A stretch of 64,000 nucleotides of DNA from positions 3,409,636-3,473,635 of the forward strand of contig CAJINV010000006.1 in the NCBI GenBank assembly GCA_905178155.1. The letters are read 5' to 3'. The stretch comes from Amoebophrya sp. A120. Taxonomy: Eukaryota > Protista > Dinoflagellata. The translations under genes and the position numbers were made by a program. The notes beneath the pieces were generated by a model, which worked only from the letters and a program-made list of their open reading frames with translations, made no database searches and was not told the DNA's origin. Shown here piece by piece: positions 35,801 to 48,700 of the stretch. Position 1 is the stretch's first letter. Every line of letters starts with the position of its first letter.

Positions 35801-38800
35801 GTTCTTCCGGACGAGGACTTCTCAAAGTGCTCGAAGAGGAGGCTCTACTGCTGCTGTCCGGCGCCGTCCTCGCAGTCAGGGCTGCCAAAGCTAAATCAAT
35901 CTCTTCTTCAAAGCTTTTCCAGATTTCCTTTGCGTTGTTTCGCTTGTCGTAGTTGTCCTGCGTACGCCCCCCGAACACCGCTGGAGCCACGCCCTGTAGC
36001 ATGTTCTTGGGATCACCGATGCTGAAGAACGCTTTCACAAAAGATTCGGCTTTCTGGACTAGCTTGGCTCGGTGGAGCTCCGCTTCTTCTTCGTCGAGAT
36101 CTTGGCGGATGAGTTTTGGTATGCGGTGGAAAAATTCAAAGAAAAAAAATCGAATGTGAAGGTCGTGGACTGCAGATTTTTTATCGCATGTATCTACTTT
36201 TGAGTAGGCGTGCGCCTGCGGGCCTAAATTCCGGTGGGTTGGTCGGTTGGTTGGTTGGTTTTGGACAGACGACATTTGACCGAATTTACAAAAGTATGGG
36301 GACACGCCTTCCGGGTAGGTGCGCAGGACGTGTTGCAGCTGCAGGCAGTTGTCCTTCTACAGTCTGTCTAAAGTTTGTCTAAAGTTGCAACATAGGCAAA
36401 TTCGCACACGATTTTGCAAATTTGCAACTTTAGACTTCATTTTAGAAGAAGTGTCTAAGCCGAAAATTACCATGTCGACGTCAGTTGCGGCAGCTGCGAG
36501 GAGCAACTGACGATCAGGTAGAGAGCCAAGAACATGTTCATGATCAGGCTCATGAACATGTTCTTCCCTGGACCAAGCACATTCATCTTCATCATCATAC
36601 ATCCATGATGAAGGTGTCGGCTTATTACACGTTCGTTCCCGACGAACAAAATCTATCGCGGCTTGCATCATGGGCAGGCATGGCCGTGCTTGGCGCCGAT
36701 CAAGAAAAAAAGCACACAACGTGAACAGGAAAAATCTTGCGCCAAAGGACGGAAGATTTTTGCCTGTGCAGAACTCCCTGCCCCATTGCTCGCAGAATAC
36801 GACCAGCAAGAACAACTGCAACCCTAGAGATTGAGACCAAGATCCCCGACACCAAAACCCAAACGAAAAGTGTCTCGACCAATGTAAACACCCGGAGGTC
36901 GTCAAAGGTTTGCGGACTGGACAGCGCCCAACACAATGGCGACAACCCAGATGGCCCCACGGACCAGAACCACCCCAATCCGGCCACGCGATCCCCGAGG
37001 GCCACCAAGAATACGAAGCGAGGAAAATTGAAAAGGCCTCCACTTTAAGCCGTTAGATAGAACAAAAGACCGCCCCCGGGTCTCCCGCTTGACCCCCCCC
37101 CCCAATTGGCAGGTGGGTGGGTAGGTCGGTAGGCGTAGCCAATAGGCAAGACACGCTCGCCCCGCCCCCCCCCCCATCAGGCAGGGGGGGGTAGGTCGGT
37201 AGGCGTGGCCAATAGGCAGCGCGCGCTCCCTCGCCCCACCCACCCACCAGGCTGGTGGGTGGGTAGGTCGGTAGGCGTGGCCAAGGGGCAGCGCACGCTC
37301 GCCCCACCCACTCACCGGCAAGGTGGGTGGGTGGGTCGGTAGGTGTGGCCAATAGGCAGCGCACGCTCGCCCCACCCACCCACCAGGCTGGTGGGTGGGT
37401 AGGTCGGTAGGCGTGGCCAATAGGCAGCGCGCGCTTCCTCGCCCCACCCACCCACCAGGCTGGTGGGTGGGTAGGTCGGTAGGCGTGACCAGTAGGCAGC
37501 TGTCTCTGGATGGAAGCAAAGGGATAGGTAGGTAGGTAGGTCGGTGCAATCGCGGTACTACAATGAAAATGAATCGAAAAGACGCCAGGTAGGCGGGTAG
37601 GTAGGCAGCTTCAACAGTAATAGTAGACGAATCTCAGAAAAACGCAAAACACAACGCAGCGGGTTCGGTCAAATGTCGTCTGTCCAAAACCAACCAACCA
37701 ACCGACCAACCCACCGGAATTTAGGCCCGCAGGCCCACGCCTATTGCTACTTTTGTATTCTCCAAAGTACAACGCTCGTCCTGAATCATCATGCAGACTG
37801 TAGTCCTATTGTGTGCCAATGTCAGCAAATAGGAGTTTGCAATGTAAAGCTGCTCACGGTTCGATTTTACTCCTGATTCCTCCTTCCATACCGATAGCTG
37901 CTGCCTGTAAGGCCACTATTTCTCTCTTCGCTGCAGCTTTACTCAGTTGTGCCACCGTTTTTCTTTCCTTTCCGCAAAAACACTCGTATTCGATTTCGTC
38001 TTGAAAAATCTGCAACAGTTCTTGTTTCTGGTGTTCATCCGTACTTTCATCCGACGAAATTCCTTCCAGCACTTCCTTCTCAAAAAACCAGTCCACACTC
38101 TTCGCGTAGTCCAGAGCGGTTTCTTATCCAGGAAAAAACTACAACCATCCCCATCCATTTCATGCATGACAAACACAGAAATTTATACATGTTTTGCATG
38201 ACAAATTGGATGGGGATGGTTCGTTTTTTTGTGGATACCTCTTTGTCGTCGTAGAACTGTTCCAACAAGATTTTCTTCGCGGTGTTTTATCAACTGCAAA
38301 TATGTCTGGGTCTGGAAGAGTGTAAAATTGTCATGCAGGTTTTCCATGACCACTGAGGTCTGGCATGCGGGACCTAGCACGACAGAGTCTGTGAGGTCTC
38401 TGTCATGCCTATCCTGCGTGAGAAACTCCCTCCCAACTTGGTCGAAAGTGGACAGCTTTTGGCAATCATGCAACACAGATTTTTGCATGATTCGGCTTTA
38501 GCATGACAAGTTGCAATTTTCCAGACCCAGACATTTTTGCAATCCATATGTTCAAATCTTTCTCAATTCTTTTCAATTTCAGCTTCTTCAACGGAAGTTT
38601 ATGCGCCAGAAACCGCGCGTTGAAGACAAAATTTTTCCCCGTGCCCTGGCAATCGATAAAAATAAACAACGCTTTCTGGTGCAGAGATTTGAGCTGGTTT
38701 TCCACTTTGATCAAGTCGCGTTCGATCCAGGAGATTAGATAATCGGAAAAACTGCTGGCGTTTTGTTTCCCGTTGATGAGGCGTTTTCGGTTTTGGAAAA

Positions 38801-41800
38801 TAAATGCAGAGTCGTAGTAGAGAAATTCTGATGTAGTTGGGGCGGCGTGGTCCTCTTCCGATCTTGTTGTGAAGATGCGCCCCCGCTCATTTTCACTGTC
38901 ACTCAATAACATCTTCTGAAACGCCAACGCCCGCTGGACTAGCAAATCCGCGATTTGCATCTCCACGTTGAACTGATCCCCATCTTCATCCGACGCGAGC
39001 AGACTCGGCTATGGGGCTCGCAACTGTTACACTCTCAGCTGGAGCTGTTACATGATTTGTGATGCAAAATTACCACCAGAGTCGACACGATCAAGCTACT
39101 TCGCATGACCAATTCTCAAGGGGCCAAACAGGCTGACAATCTGCGCCAAATCTCAATCTGTCATGCAAGACGCGCTGCAAGTTCCCCTTTCACTTTTGCC
39201 ATTCTTGCATCACAAACTCATGTAGCATTTGAGAGTGTAACAGTTGCGAAGGCCATATCGGCACGCGGTTTTTTTTGTAGGTGAAAAGCAGCCGACGCGA
39301 AATCTGCAGGGCTGTTTGGAGTTTTTGCAGGCCTTGAGAGAGGACCGCGCGGGAGGGAAAAGTAGCCGTGGTGGTTGCGCGGGCGGCTGGAGTTTCGTTT
39401 TTGTGGTCCTCGGTCGTTGTACGTGTGGTCGGCGCACAGGAACTTCTTAGCGCTTGCACATCAGCCAGTTGCAGATCCATCTCTACTTCCTGTCCCTGCG
39501 CTTCTGATAAAGCCTGTGCGTAGTGCTGAGAAGAGTGTTGGCTGGGCTCCGTCGCGGGGTCACGAGGAAAATGAGCGGGCTGGTGCGGTTGCTGTTTTCG
39601 TTCCTCTTGCATCTGCTCGTCTTTCCCTGGTAGGTCTGTGTCGGTCCGCCCACCACGCAAAAAAACTTCACCGGTCGTGGCATGAAAAATGTCCCGCAGC
39701 TATCCCACGAAAAACCTGTTTCACTGTGATGGTTTTGCAATATCTGCATCACAAGTTTGCTACACATGACGCGGAAAACTTGCCATGCGCGCTTCCCAAG
39801 GGAAAACACGCTTCAAAATCCAATGTCTTGCAGGTGTAGCAAGACAAACACTTTGGTGCTTCGTTTTCTGCATCACAAGTTCACAGTGAAACAGTTTTTT
39901 CTTGCGATAACAGCCCTTCTTTGGTCAATCGCTCCACTTTGTCAAACCAGCTCATCGTCGCGCCCGACGGTGCAGATGGACGCACTTGCTCTGTTGGAGG
40001 TGGCACCAGCTCCATAGAATCGAAATCCACCCGATCCTGGATGTTGAGCTGCTTTTTCACAACCAGTGCAGCTACTTGTCGTGCGCTACTAGATGCAGGA
40101 GAGGTGATGGTGGGCGACAAGGAGGTGGAGCAGCAAGGCTCTGCTGTAGTGCCGTCTGCTCGACGTCCGACGCAGTTTCCCGCGGAACGATTTGTGCTGT
40201 CGCTCAAGACGAGCATCCTGGAGGGAGATGAACCTGAAGTGGCTCCGTCAGTCGAGCACATACTGTTCCCCGAGACGCTGCGTCGAAAAGACCCCTGCAC
40301 GTCCACGTCCTGTTCTAAAATCAGCGTTTCTTCTACGTCTTTCTGGAAATCGTAATTCAAGGGCGGGAGGTATCACAGGGAAAAGTGTTCATGTTAACGG
40401 AATCTGTGATGCAGTAGTGCATCACAAAACGTGCCCAAATTTGTCATGCATGGCATGCATATTAAGCAACATTTGTCATGCATGTTTGCAATCTATGAAA
40501 ACCGTTAACGTAGGTAACACTTTTTTGTTTGATAGAAGGGTCCGCTGACTCTTACCCGTAATCGGGTTGTAGAAGTAGCGAAATGGCTTTTTTTATCGCA
40601 AGAAAAAAGTGTTACAGTTACACATTGTGTTGCAAGACCGGCAACACAGACAACCTGTCTCATGCAGGAAATGCTTGGGACGAGCCTCGTTTCCTTTCTG
40701 TTTTCCCTTGTGATCTTCGCATTACAAGTTTTCTCTGCCACGCAGAGAAAATTTGTGATGCAGAAACTCCAACAAATGTGTAACTGTAACACTTTTCTCT
40801 CATGATATCTTTTGGCCAAGATGTTGAACGCTGCCTACCTTTTCACCTACTTGTTCATTCGGTTCTTCTATCACAACTTCCCACGGCACCGGCAAATCCG
40901 CCGTTGTGGCGGTCGCCGAGAGGTAGAGGAGGGGAGAAACGAATTTTATTTCCCCTGCACTACCTTCTGGAACGAGACGTGCGTTTTGGTCCATCGGGAC
41001 GACCGCACCTGGCGCACCACCTCCGATACTAAAGACAGATTGCAGCAATGCCCGTCCGCTGTTGCTCGTGCTTGTAGGAGGTGATATGGACGAGTTCTTG
41101 GAGCGCGGTGTTCCTTGGTGGTGTGCCACGACCTGTCCGCCTCTACTACTTGCCCTGGTACCTCCGACAGCTACGGAACTCGTTGTTCTCATCAGTTCTT
41201 CCACGAGCGGCTTCAGGACTTTTGCGAAGTGATCACGTTGCTTATTTTGCTCCTGCGCAGTTCGATGACCACTGCTACCTCGTGAACCATCGGCGCTGCG
41301 CTGTTCCTGTTTCTGGACAAACAAATCCTGTTGCAACATTTTTACAGCACTGGAACCGAGAAAAATTCTAGGACAAGGTTCTCCTTCTAGAGCAGCGAAG
41401 CGGCCTCGTGGAGGATTTCCAATTCCACCTGCGGCTTCTCTGATTGTACCATTTATTTCCGGCTGCAATTGTTGTTGTTCGCCTAGTGCAGGAGCTTCAT
41501 CTTCATGGCAAGATGTTGAAAAGAACTGGTTTATCGCCGCGGCAGAGAGCGGAAAGACGGTACGTATTTTCATCGTGTTTTTCTGCTCTTTTATCGTGGT
41601 CCCATTCGGAGTTGCGGGGAAAAATGTAGATTCGGACTCCCGCAGCCAAAAGATTTGCTCGATCGGTGGGTGGGTTGCCTTTTCCTTTCGTAGTCCACAC
41701 TGTTGGCGTTGCCCTTGCGATGTTGAAGCCGTTTTGGTAGTTCTTAGTACGTCTTCGTTGTAAAGGAAGAGCTTCGTATTGGTCCAATGCTCCGCCTCGA

Positions 41801-44800
41801 GTTTGTCAGCAAATGCGGCTGCACGACTAACACTTGACTCCTTCTCATCGCTCCCTTGCCATGCGACCAACAGCACCGGGGGCGCGGAGAAGGCGATACA
41901 AGAGACCTCCTTGTCTGCGAACAGCGTGTTCATAAGATGGTTCGTCCCACTACCGCTCGAGGTTGCCAGCAACCTCTTCACCACCAACGCAACTGCTCCG
42001 CCGGTTCCATACCCCGTGAGGAGCAATTTATCGAATCTTGCACGGAACAGCTTTCCACCCAGAAGTTCTAAAGAAAGTTGCTGGATCGCGCGCTGCGCTT
42101 GGGCGTAAAATTCTGGCTTGAAGCGAGTTATAGCCTTCAAGCCGTTTCGCATTTCTGCTTCGGCACCTCCTCCGAGGACCGGGCCTTCTTGCAGCTCTTC
42201 ACCCTTTGACGGTGTTTTATCAGACCCGAAGACAAAATACGCCGTTCTGGTTTGTTCGTGGATGTGAAAGAACCAGGAAGTTTTACTGTGGGGAGCAGAA
42301 AAATTATCCTGACAAGAACGCATCGTCGGTGGTTCAACATCTTCAGCTGACTTTGCTGTCTCGTCGCGGCCGAGCTGCAACTGCTGCATCTTCGCGGAAA
42401 GAGAATTGTGGCCCTCGTCGCGGTCCTCCTGCAAAGATCTTAACTCCTCTTCCACTTTCGCAGTGCGACTTTGGATTCCGGGCAGCTTTCGGCAGAATGT
42501 TTTTGCGTTGATTGTTCTTGTCGAATGAAGTGGAGTGCCGGTCGTGTGTTTGCCATCCGGCAGGGTAGGCTGCTGCTCTTGTTGTGCGACCTGCTGCATC
42601 TTCTTCTGCAACACTTGTTGTATTCCTGGCACGACAGGAGTTGGAGTTGCATTTGCTTCCGGGACGGGGGAATTGTCCCCCATCCCCATGACCACTGGAG
42701 GTCCATTGTAACAAGCAGATGTCTTCTTCAAAATCGAGCGGGGCTGCAATTTAGGCAGGTCTTCAGCACTAGAGGAAGACTCAGACGCACCACCGAGTTC
42801 TTGGCTGATCTTTACGGTTGGATTGCTGCAGGAATTATGGACTTGTTCTGTATGCGAGATAGCGACAGCCTGTTCGACGTCATAATCCATTCCATCATCC
42901 CTATCTTCTTCGTCGTCCACCGAATGCGCGGTATTGACACTTCCTCGCAGGGAAGATTTAGATTCATTCTCGCCTGCATCTTCTTCCTCCCCCTCCTCCT
43001 CAACACTCGACTCCGAGCTAGGAGAAGTTCTTGGCAAGCCTCCCCTAAGATGTTGTCCAGCGGTCGTGCCAAAACGTCGACCTCGGTGCAGATACCGCAT
43101 TTTCGGGTTGCAGCTCTGGAGGTCGTGGATCCCGCTGCTGTACTGCTCGCCAGTTGTGCTGTAGTTGCACACTTGGAAGGGTAGAACGTGGGCTCCTGTA
43201 GTTCGGAGTGGTTCCTGTGCGGCCTGTTGCCCAACTTGTGCTGAACCCCGCGCGTCAAAGGTGTGTTTGTCCTCCCGACGACAACTCGCTGCGGGCCTGC
43301 ACGTCGACAAAGCTTCTGACACGCGAGTTCCCGCTTCGCTTATTTCGCTAGTACTACGACTCGTGTGGTCATTGTGTCCAAACAGCAAAACCTGTTTTTG
43401 TTTCCAAATGGCAAACCCGGCTAAAGCTTCGGCATCCGGACTTTTGGAAAACAACGCGGTCTCGATTTTTTCATCAGACGTTTTTGAGTCGTTGTCCTCG
43501 TTGTGGCTCAAGAACAGGGAGGTGTACTCAACCGCTTTCAAATATGGAGTTCTCGAATGTTACACTCTCAATTGGCACATGAGTTTGTAATGCAAGACTG
43601 GCAAAAGTGAGAGGAGGAAGATTGCGGCTTTTGCATTACAAGTCTGGCGCAGATTTAGGCGCGGCTTAGCTCTTCGCAAATTTGTCATGCGGAGCAGCTT
43701 GATCGTGAGGATGATCATGATGATGGTGCTTTTGCATGACAAATCCGTGTAAAAGTTGAGAATGTAACAGTTGAGAATGCCATATCAGAACCTCCTGCTT
43801 GCTCTTCTCATCCATGTTCAAAATTTCTTCCACTGACGAGTTTTCGGCGAAGGGAGTGAAAAAAACGGTGTCGTATGAGAGTGCACAACTCTCCTTCACT
43901 CACATTTGTCATGCAAATCTGCAATCCCAGCCATTGCCGTGTCGTCGTCGTGGGCTTACCTTCTTGCATAACATGCTCCTACAAGAACACTCCAAACTGC
44001 ACTACATTGTTCCATGTATCAAGTAGATCTTGTCATGCAGAAATTACGTTCCTGCTGCTGTTTCTGTTGCTGCTCATGCCCTCATACCAATGGGGGCATA
44101 AATAAGCGGGAGTTGCTGTGCAGCACTCACACTCTCATATGTCGGGCGTCGTGTCCATTTCCGTCGTCATCTGCTCAAAAACCGCGAAATCTGCGTCGTG
44201 TAGAATTTCTTCTTGTTTCCGCTGAATAACGGATATTTCGCGACTCCTGGTCATAGAGTCGTCGTGTGTGGTGCTTGTAATTATATCGAGTTGTGCTCCT
44301 GCACCTCGTCCGGCAACGTGGTCCGCGATTTTTTCCGCCGCTTTCGTAAGACCCATCTGGAGGTGCGACGTCGAACATGATGCTGAACAATCTTTAATAT
44401 TATCCGGACTCGCACTGCTCCCGAGCTTGGGGCTGTTCTTCGCGCTGCTCGTACTAGGATCTTCATCTCCACCCGCGGGCGCCAATACCGCAGCTGTTGC
44501 GCCGTTCTTCGAGCCCTTTCGACTCGTTCCAGCCTCCCGGCTGTAAGAACGGTCAACGAAGAGGGACTTTTCAAATTCGGTTTCGAAGGGACAAGATTTC
44601 GAAGTTTTATTTTCATCTTCTTCGTCGCTCTTGTAATTCCGCTTCGCAATATCCCTTGGCGTCGGAGAATCCGGGAGACACACGCCGGGGGAATCGGGGA
44701 AAAGGCGAATCGGTAGGGGCGATTGGATTTGGTGCGGCAAAGTTGTAAAAGGCTCGTTAAAAATATTAAAACTAGCGGCCGCACGTTCTTGAGATGATTG

Positions 44801-44980
44801 CTCCACAGCTTGCGAAGCAGCTTTCTCAAGCTTTATCCTCACGGCCGCGCAAGTGGAAATTGTGGCCGTGTGGAGCAAGATTAGCGAGGACACCAGCACC
44901 ACCAGGGCGGGCCCCGACAAAAGAGTGCTGTTCCCCCAGATCATACCGCCGAGAGAAGAAGTAGATCGTAACACGGGCAT
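32890..44980 (-). CDS. Large protein: N-terminal hydrophobic segment, degenerate class-3 lipase-like domain, WW-like domain; about 13 introners
   Basis: LLLTGYGTGGAVA...CIAFSAPP; LPVPWE...|PFRYFYNPITGKSQRTL|P after splicing; only some junctions were translated, so single-gene status is inferred. Confidence 0.65.
33679..34531 (-). mobile_element. Non-autonomous Helitron-like element inside introner 33647-34658
   Basis: A|T insertion with no TSD (tataaa|ttgcattac restored); on - it starts TTACTATATA and ends with hairpin 33687-33706 plus CTGG; internal GCGCGAGAGGGTG and ACCTCT repeats. Confidence 0.7.
36202..37746. mobile_element. Non-autonomous DNA transposon with TIRs of about 83 bp
   Basis: TIRs 36202-36284 and 37664-37746; TSD CTACTTTT(G) at 36194 and 37747. 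Confidence 0.9.
37110..37500. repeat. G/C-skewed tandem repeat, unit about 60-70 bp, with hairpin CCCACCCACCAG-G-CTGGTGGGTGGG
   Basis: About 6 copies of GGTAGGTCGGTAGGCGTGGCCAATAGGCAGC. Confidence 0.85.
39010..39257. mobile_element. Introner, TATGG..(T/C)TC(T/G)CAACTGTTAC family
   Basis: DR tcggc; relatives at 43543-43784, 49078-49346, 49397-49631, 49683-49918. Confidence 0.85.
40594..40807. mobile_element. Introner, TATC.CA.GAAAAAAGTGTTACAG family
   Basis: Relative at 46510-46728 (DR atctc). Confidence 0.8.
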
Positions 44981-45786
44981 AGTTCTTGTGTCCAAGGTTA
45001 AGATATCATGTGCATATGGACCACAAGCTCCACAAAACTGAAAGCAAAACAAAACAAAACCTCTATTAACGGCGATGCAGTTCTTACTTCAAGTCCAACT
45101 AAGTACTTGAGATCATATTCGACAACAACAACTACCTAGGTAATCGAGGGGCTGTAAAAATGATCGGTATATGCAAAATCAAAAAAACTTTTTGTCAGCA
45201 CATCATGCAGCTTGAAGTTAACGAGAGAAGCCTGCTTCGCTTTCGTGGTCACAGATCAGATTCACAAAATGAGCGAGACAGTGAAAATATGAAAATAGTA
45301 GGCTCAAATTCGTAGTACTTACACATACCAACTACCCGGAAATCTGGTCTGGTAAATCGCAATCCATGAAAATAATCAGCAATGCTTGCATGCAAGCAAA
45401 ACAACAAGTCACACAGTTATTTAGGGATCCTCAAATCTGATGTGACGCACGCTGCTGCAACGGAAATTTCAACTTGAACAAAATAGCCTTCACATTGTAC
45501 GAAACGTACTGTCGGAGGTGAGCGATAATCTTTGACACCGAAGCTAGTAGTACTTGCACTTGCTGACGTGATCACTTCAAAAGTTCAAGTGCTGCGGTTA
45601 GTGGAGCCGATGGAAATAAGCAATCAGCTTCCAGTCAGATTGTGAATGCGATTTCTGTTTCGTTTTTCGTGCCTATTCCTAGGTATAAAAATTTCGTAGG
45701 CGTTCTTTTAAAAAGCCTCCAAATTATAGGCACCTTAGAATAAACGTCGAGAAAACGCACGGACACGATCTGAGCAGCATCCTATT

Positions 45787-48700
45787 TCATTCATTATCCC
45801 CCAGCATTCCTTTACAGTTACTGGCTAAAAATTTGGTTACTTTCTTCACCAAGGCTATCACCATTTTGTTCTTCAGAAACCCTTCCTGCAAAACGTGCGC
45901 GGAGACCGTGACCAGGAGCAAGTAGAACAGGAAAAACCGTTTCGGCGTGTTCTTGATGTATTTCAATCGAAACTCTTCCGAGAACAATTTCGTCACGATG
46001 GCCTTCTTGTAAAACAGCTGCCCGATGGGTCCGTGGCACATAAACATCGGAAACGCCAGAGACCCGACGTGTTTCATTTTGCTGGTTGATAGAAACTTGG
46101 TGAAGAGAAAAAGTTCATCGGTTTTTTCTGCTTGTTCGGAATAGTTGTTTTCGGTTGATGTCGCGCCACAACTTCTCTTGCTGTTTTTCACCATCTGTAG
46201 TTGCTGTATTTGCGCAGGCGTCGTCCCTGGAGTGGTCGGTGTAGTCTTCAGCACGGCCGCACTGTGCAGCCTCGCGTGATCCTTGTGCAGCTGCTGCAAA
46301 AACTTTGCGTAAAGCGGCAGGAAGAAAACGGATCTTACCAGCGTTCCGTTTAGCGCGAGCTTGTCTGTCAGGCGGAGCAGTAACGCGGCGTGCGCCGCGA
46401 AGTAGTAGAAAAGCGGGTTCTTTTTGCTGCATTCCTTCTTGAGCAGATGTTTGATTTTTCGGAGAAGTTGTTGCAACATGCTGTTTGTTGATGATTTTTC
46501 TTTCATCTCTATCCCACGAAAAAAGTGTTTAGTTACAGTTACACATTTGTTGGAGTATCTGCATCACAAAGTTGCGCGATATGGTAAAGAAAACCTGTGA
46601 CGCGCAGACTATTGTAAGGGAAAACACGAATGAAAGGAGGCTGGCAAGCATTTCCTGCATGACAAAGGTTGCCTGTCTAGCTTGTTTCGCAATACAATGT
46701 GCAGCTGTAACACTTTTTTCTTCGCATAATCTCCTCCGCCTCAATTACCTTCCTTCGCTCGATCGCATCGATGAAGTCCTCGTCGGCTCTATCGAAAGAA
46801 AAAAAACCCATCCGCAACATCCATTCTTCTGATGACAAACACTGGACTTGATGCATGTTCTTTTGTACTAAACTATGACAGATTGAATGTTGGGGATGGC
46901 TTTTTTTTTCGGGGATAAGCTTGACTCGCGCTACTGTTCGGCGGGGAATGGCCAACGTCTTGCTTGCTCGACGGGGGTGCAACTGCATTGTTAGACGGCT
47001 GCAGCAAACTGCTATTTGAACCAGCACTACTATTATTATCACCGTCCTGGTCCTTTTCGACGTCATCGAGCATCACCTCCCGAGCTGCGACAACCCCGAG
47101 ACAGATTTCCAACAAGGCCCAAATCGGTATCAGATGGAAAACTGTTGACGTGAACGGAATGTGTGATGCAGTGATGCATCAGAAAAGGTGCGGCGTGAAT
47201 TTGTATTGCATAGCATGCATGAAGGCAAAATTTGTAATGCATAACTGCCATCTGTGAAAGAAAACCGTTAATGTTAAACACTTTTTTGTTTGATAATCGG
47301 GTGAAATCGGGTAACGTTCCACAGCATCGGGTTCTGTTCGCGAAGCTGATCCACAGCGGCAGTTTTCTTGCTATGCACTGCAAATGCGTCTGGGTCAGGA
47401 GAATTGCCAGGTTTGTCGTGCATTTTTTGCAGGACCACGACCAACGAGGCCTGCAATGCATGACCGAGCATCGCAAAATTTTCGAGGCCGGCATGATGCC
47501 TATTCCGCATGAGAAACGCCTTCTCCGCGGAGCACAAACCGGGCTCCTCTTGTTGTGGCATGCAACACAAACTTTTTCGGAATGCACAGACAGCATTACA
47601 AGTGAAAACTTCTTCAGATTTTGTGATAACAAAAACGACTTCTACAAAGGAGTGAAGCAAGTCGCAAAAATCTTCTCCGAGAAAAAACTCCGGCGGGACC
47701 AGTGGACGAGAATTGCGAAGAGGTTCGCGGAGAAGCATCACAGATTCCGAAAATATCGCCTGTTCCGCTACAAGTTCGAGAAAGGAATTCGCGACGCTTG
47801 GGAGTAGTTGAGAAGGAAAGGCCAATGAGGTTCGCGAAGGAAAGTAGAAAGCTTTCGAAGGCACTGAAGTAGGGTAGTATATTTTTAGGACGTGACTAGT
47901 TGATTAGATTTATAGCTAGAAGTAGACTAGAAGTAGCTCTGTATTTTATTCATATTTAGTTTACCGGCGTCTATACCCGGAGAGGAGCATGGTTACGCCC
48001 AGCTCCGCTATAGACATGTCAAGGCATCTTGATTCGGAAATTGAAAAGTGACACGTTGTCGCTTTTCAAAGGAACTCAAAATGCTGTCAGCCGGCTAGTA
48101 TAGGTAGTTTTAGTTCTGTGTTGTAGGATGTACTGAGAGGAAATAGGATTACGTGTATGATTTAGCGGGCTCTGGATGGTAATTTTAACTACAAATGCAA
48201 ACCTCAACCACGTCCATCCACCCCGATCAAAAATGAAACATTTTCTCGCGCGAAAAGATATAAAGCTGTATGCCATGCATCTTAGTCTTACATGAGCTAG
48301 TTTTTGGTTACAGCTTGCTCTCTTTTTCCTGCATTACAAATTTCGCATGACAGATCTTTTACCAGTTTGTAAGCCAGCAGACAACTTTTGCACAGAAGTT
48401 GCACAAAAACGAGCATACCCTCGGAGGAGTTTATATTTACGCACGATAGAAAATGTTATCCAACTTTCATAGAATGGTTACAAAGCGGATCGTAAAAAAG
48501 AGCAGTCGGTACAAAATTTGTGATACGAAATAAAATGATCTTCATAGAAAATGCATACTTGTTCCGAACTGCATGACAATTCCGTGTTTCTCAAAATGGA
48601 ATCTGTAATGCGTAACGGCACATGTGGTCGGTTTTACTTGCCAAAAATAAAAAAGATCATTTTAAAGCTTCGCGATGTATGACGAAAGGAAAAAAAACGA

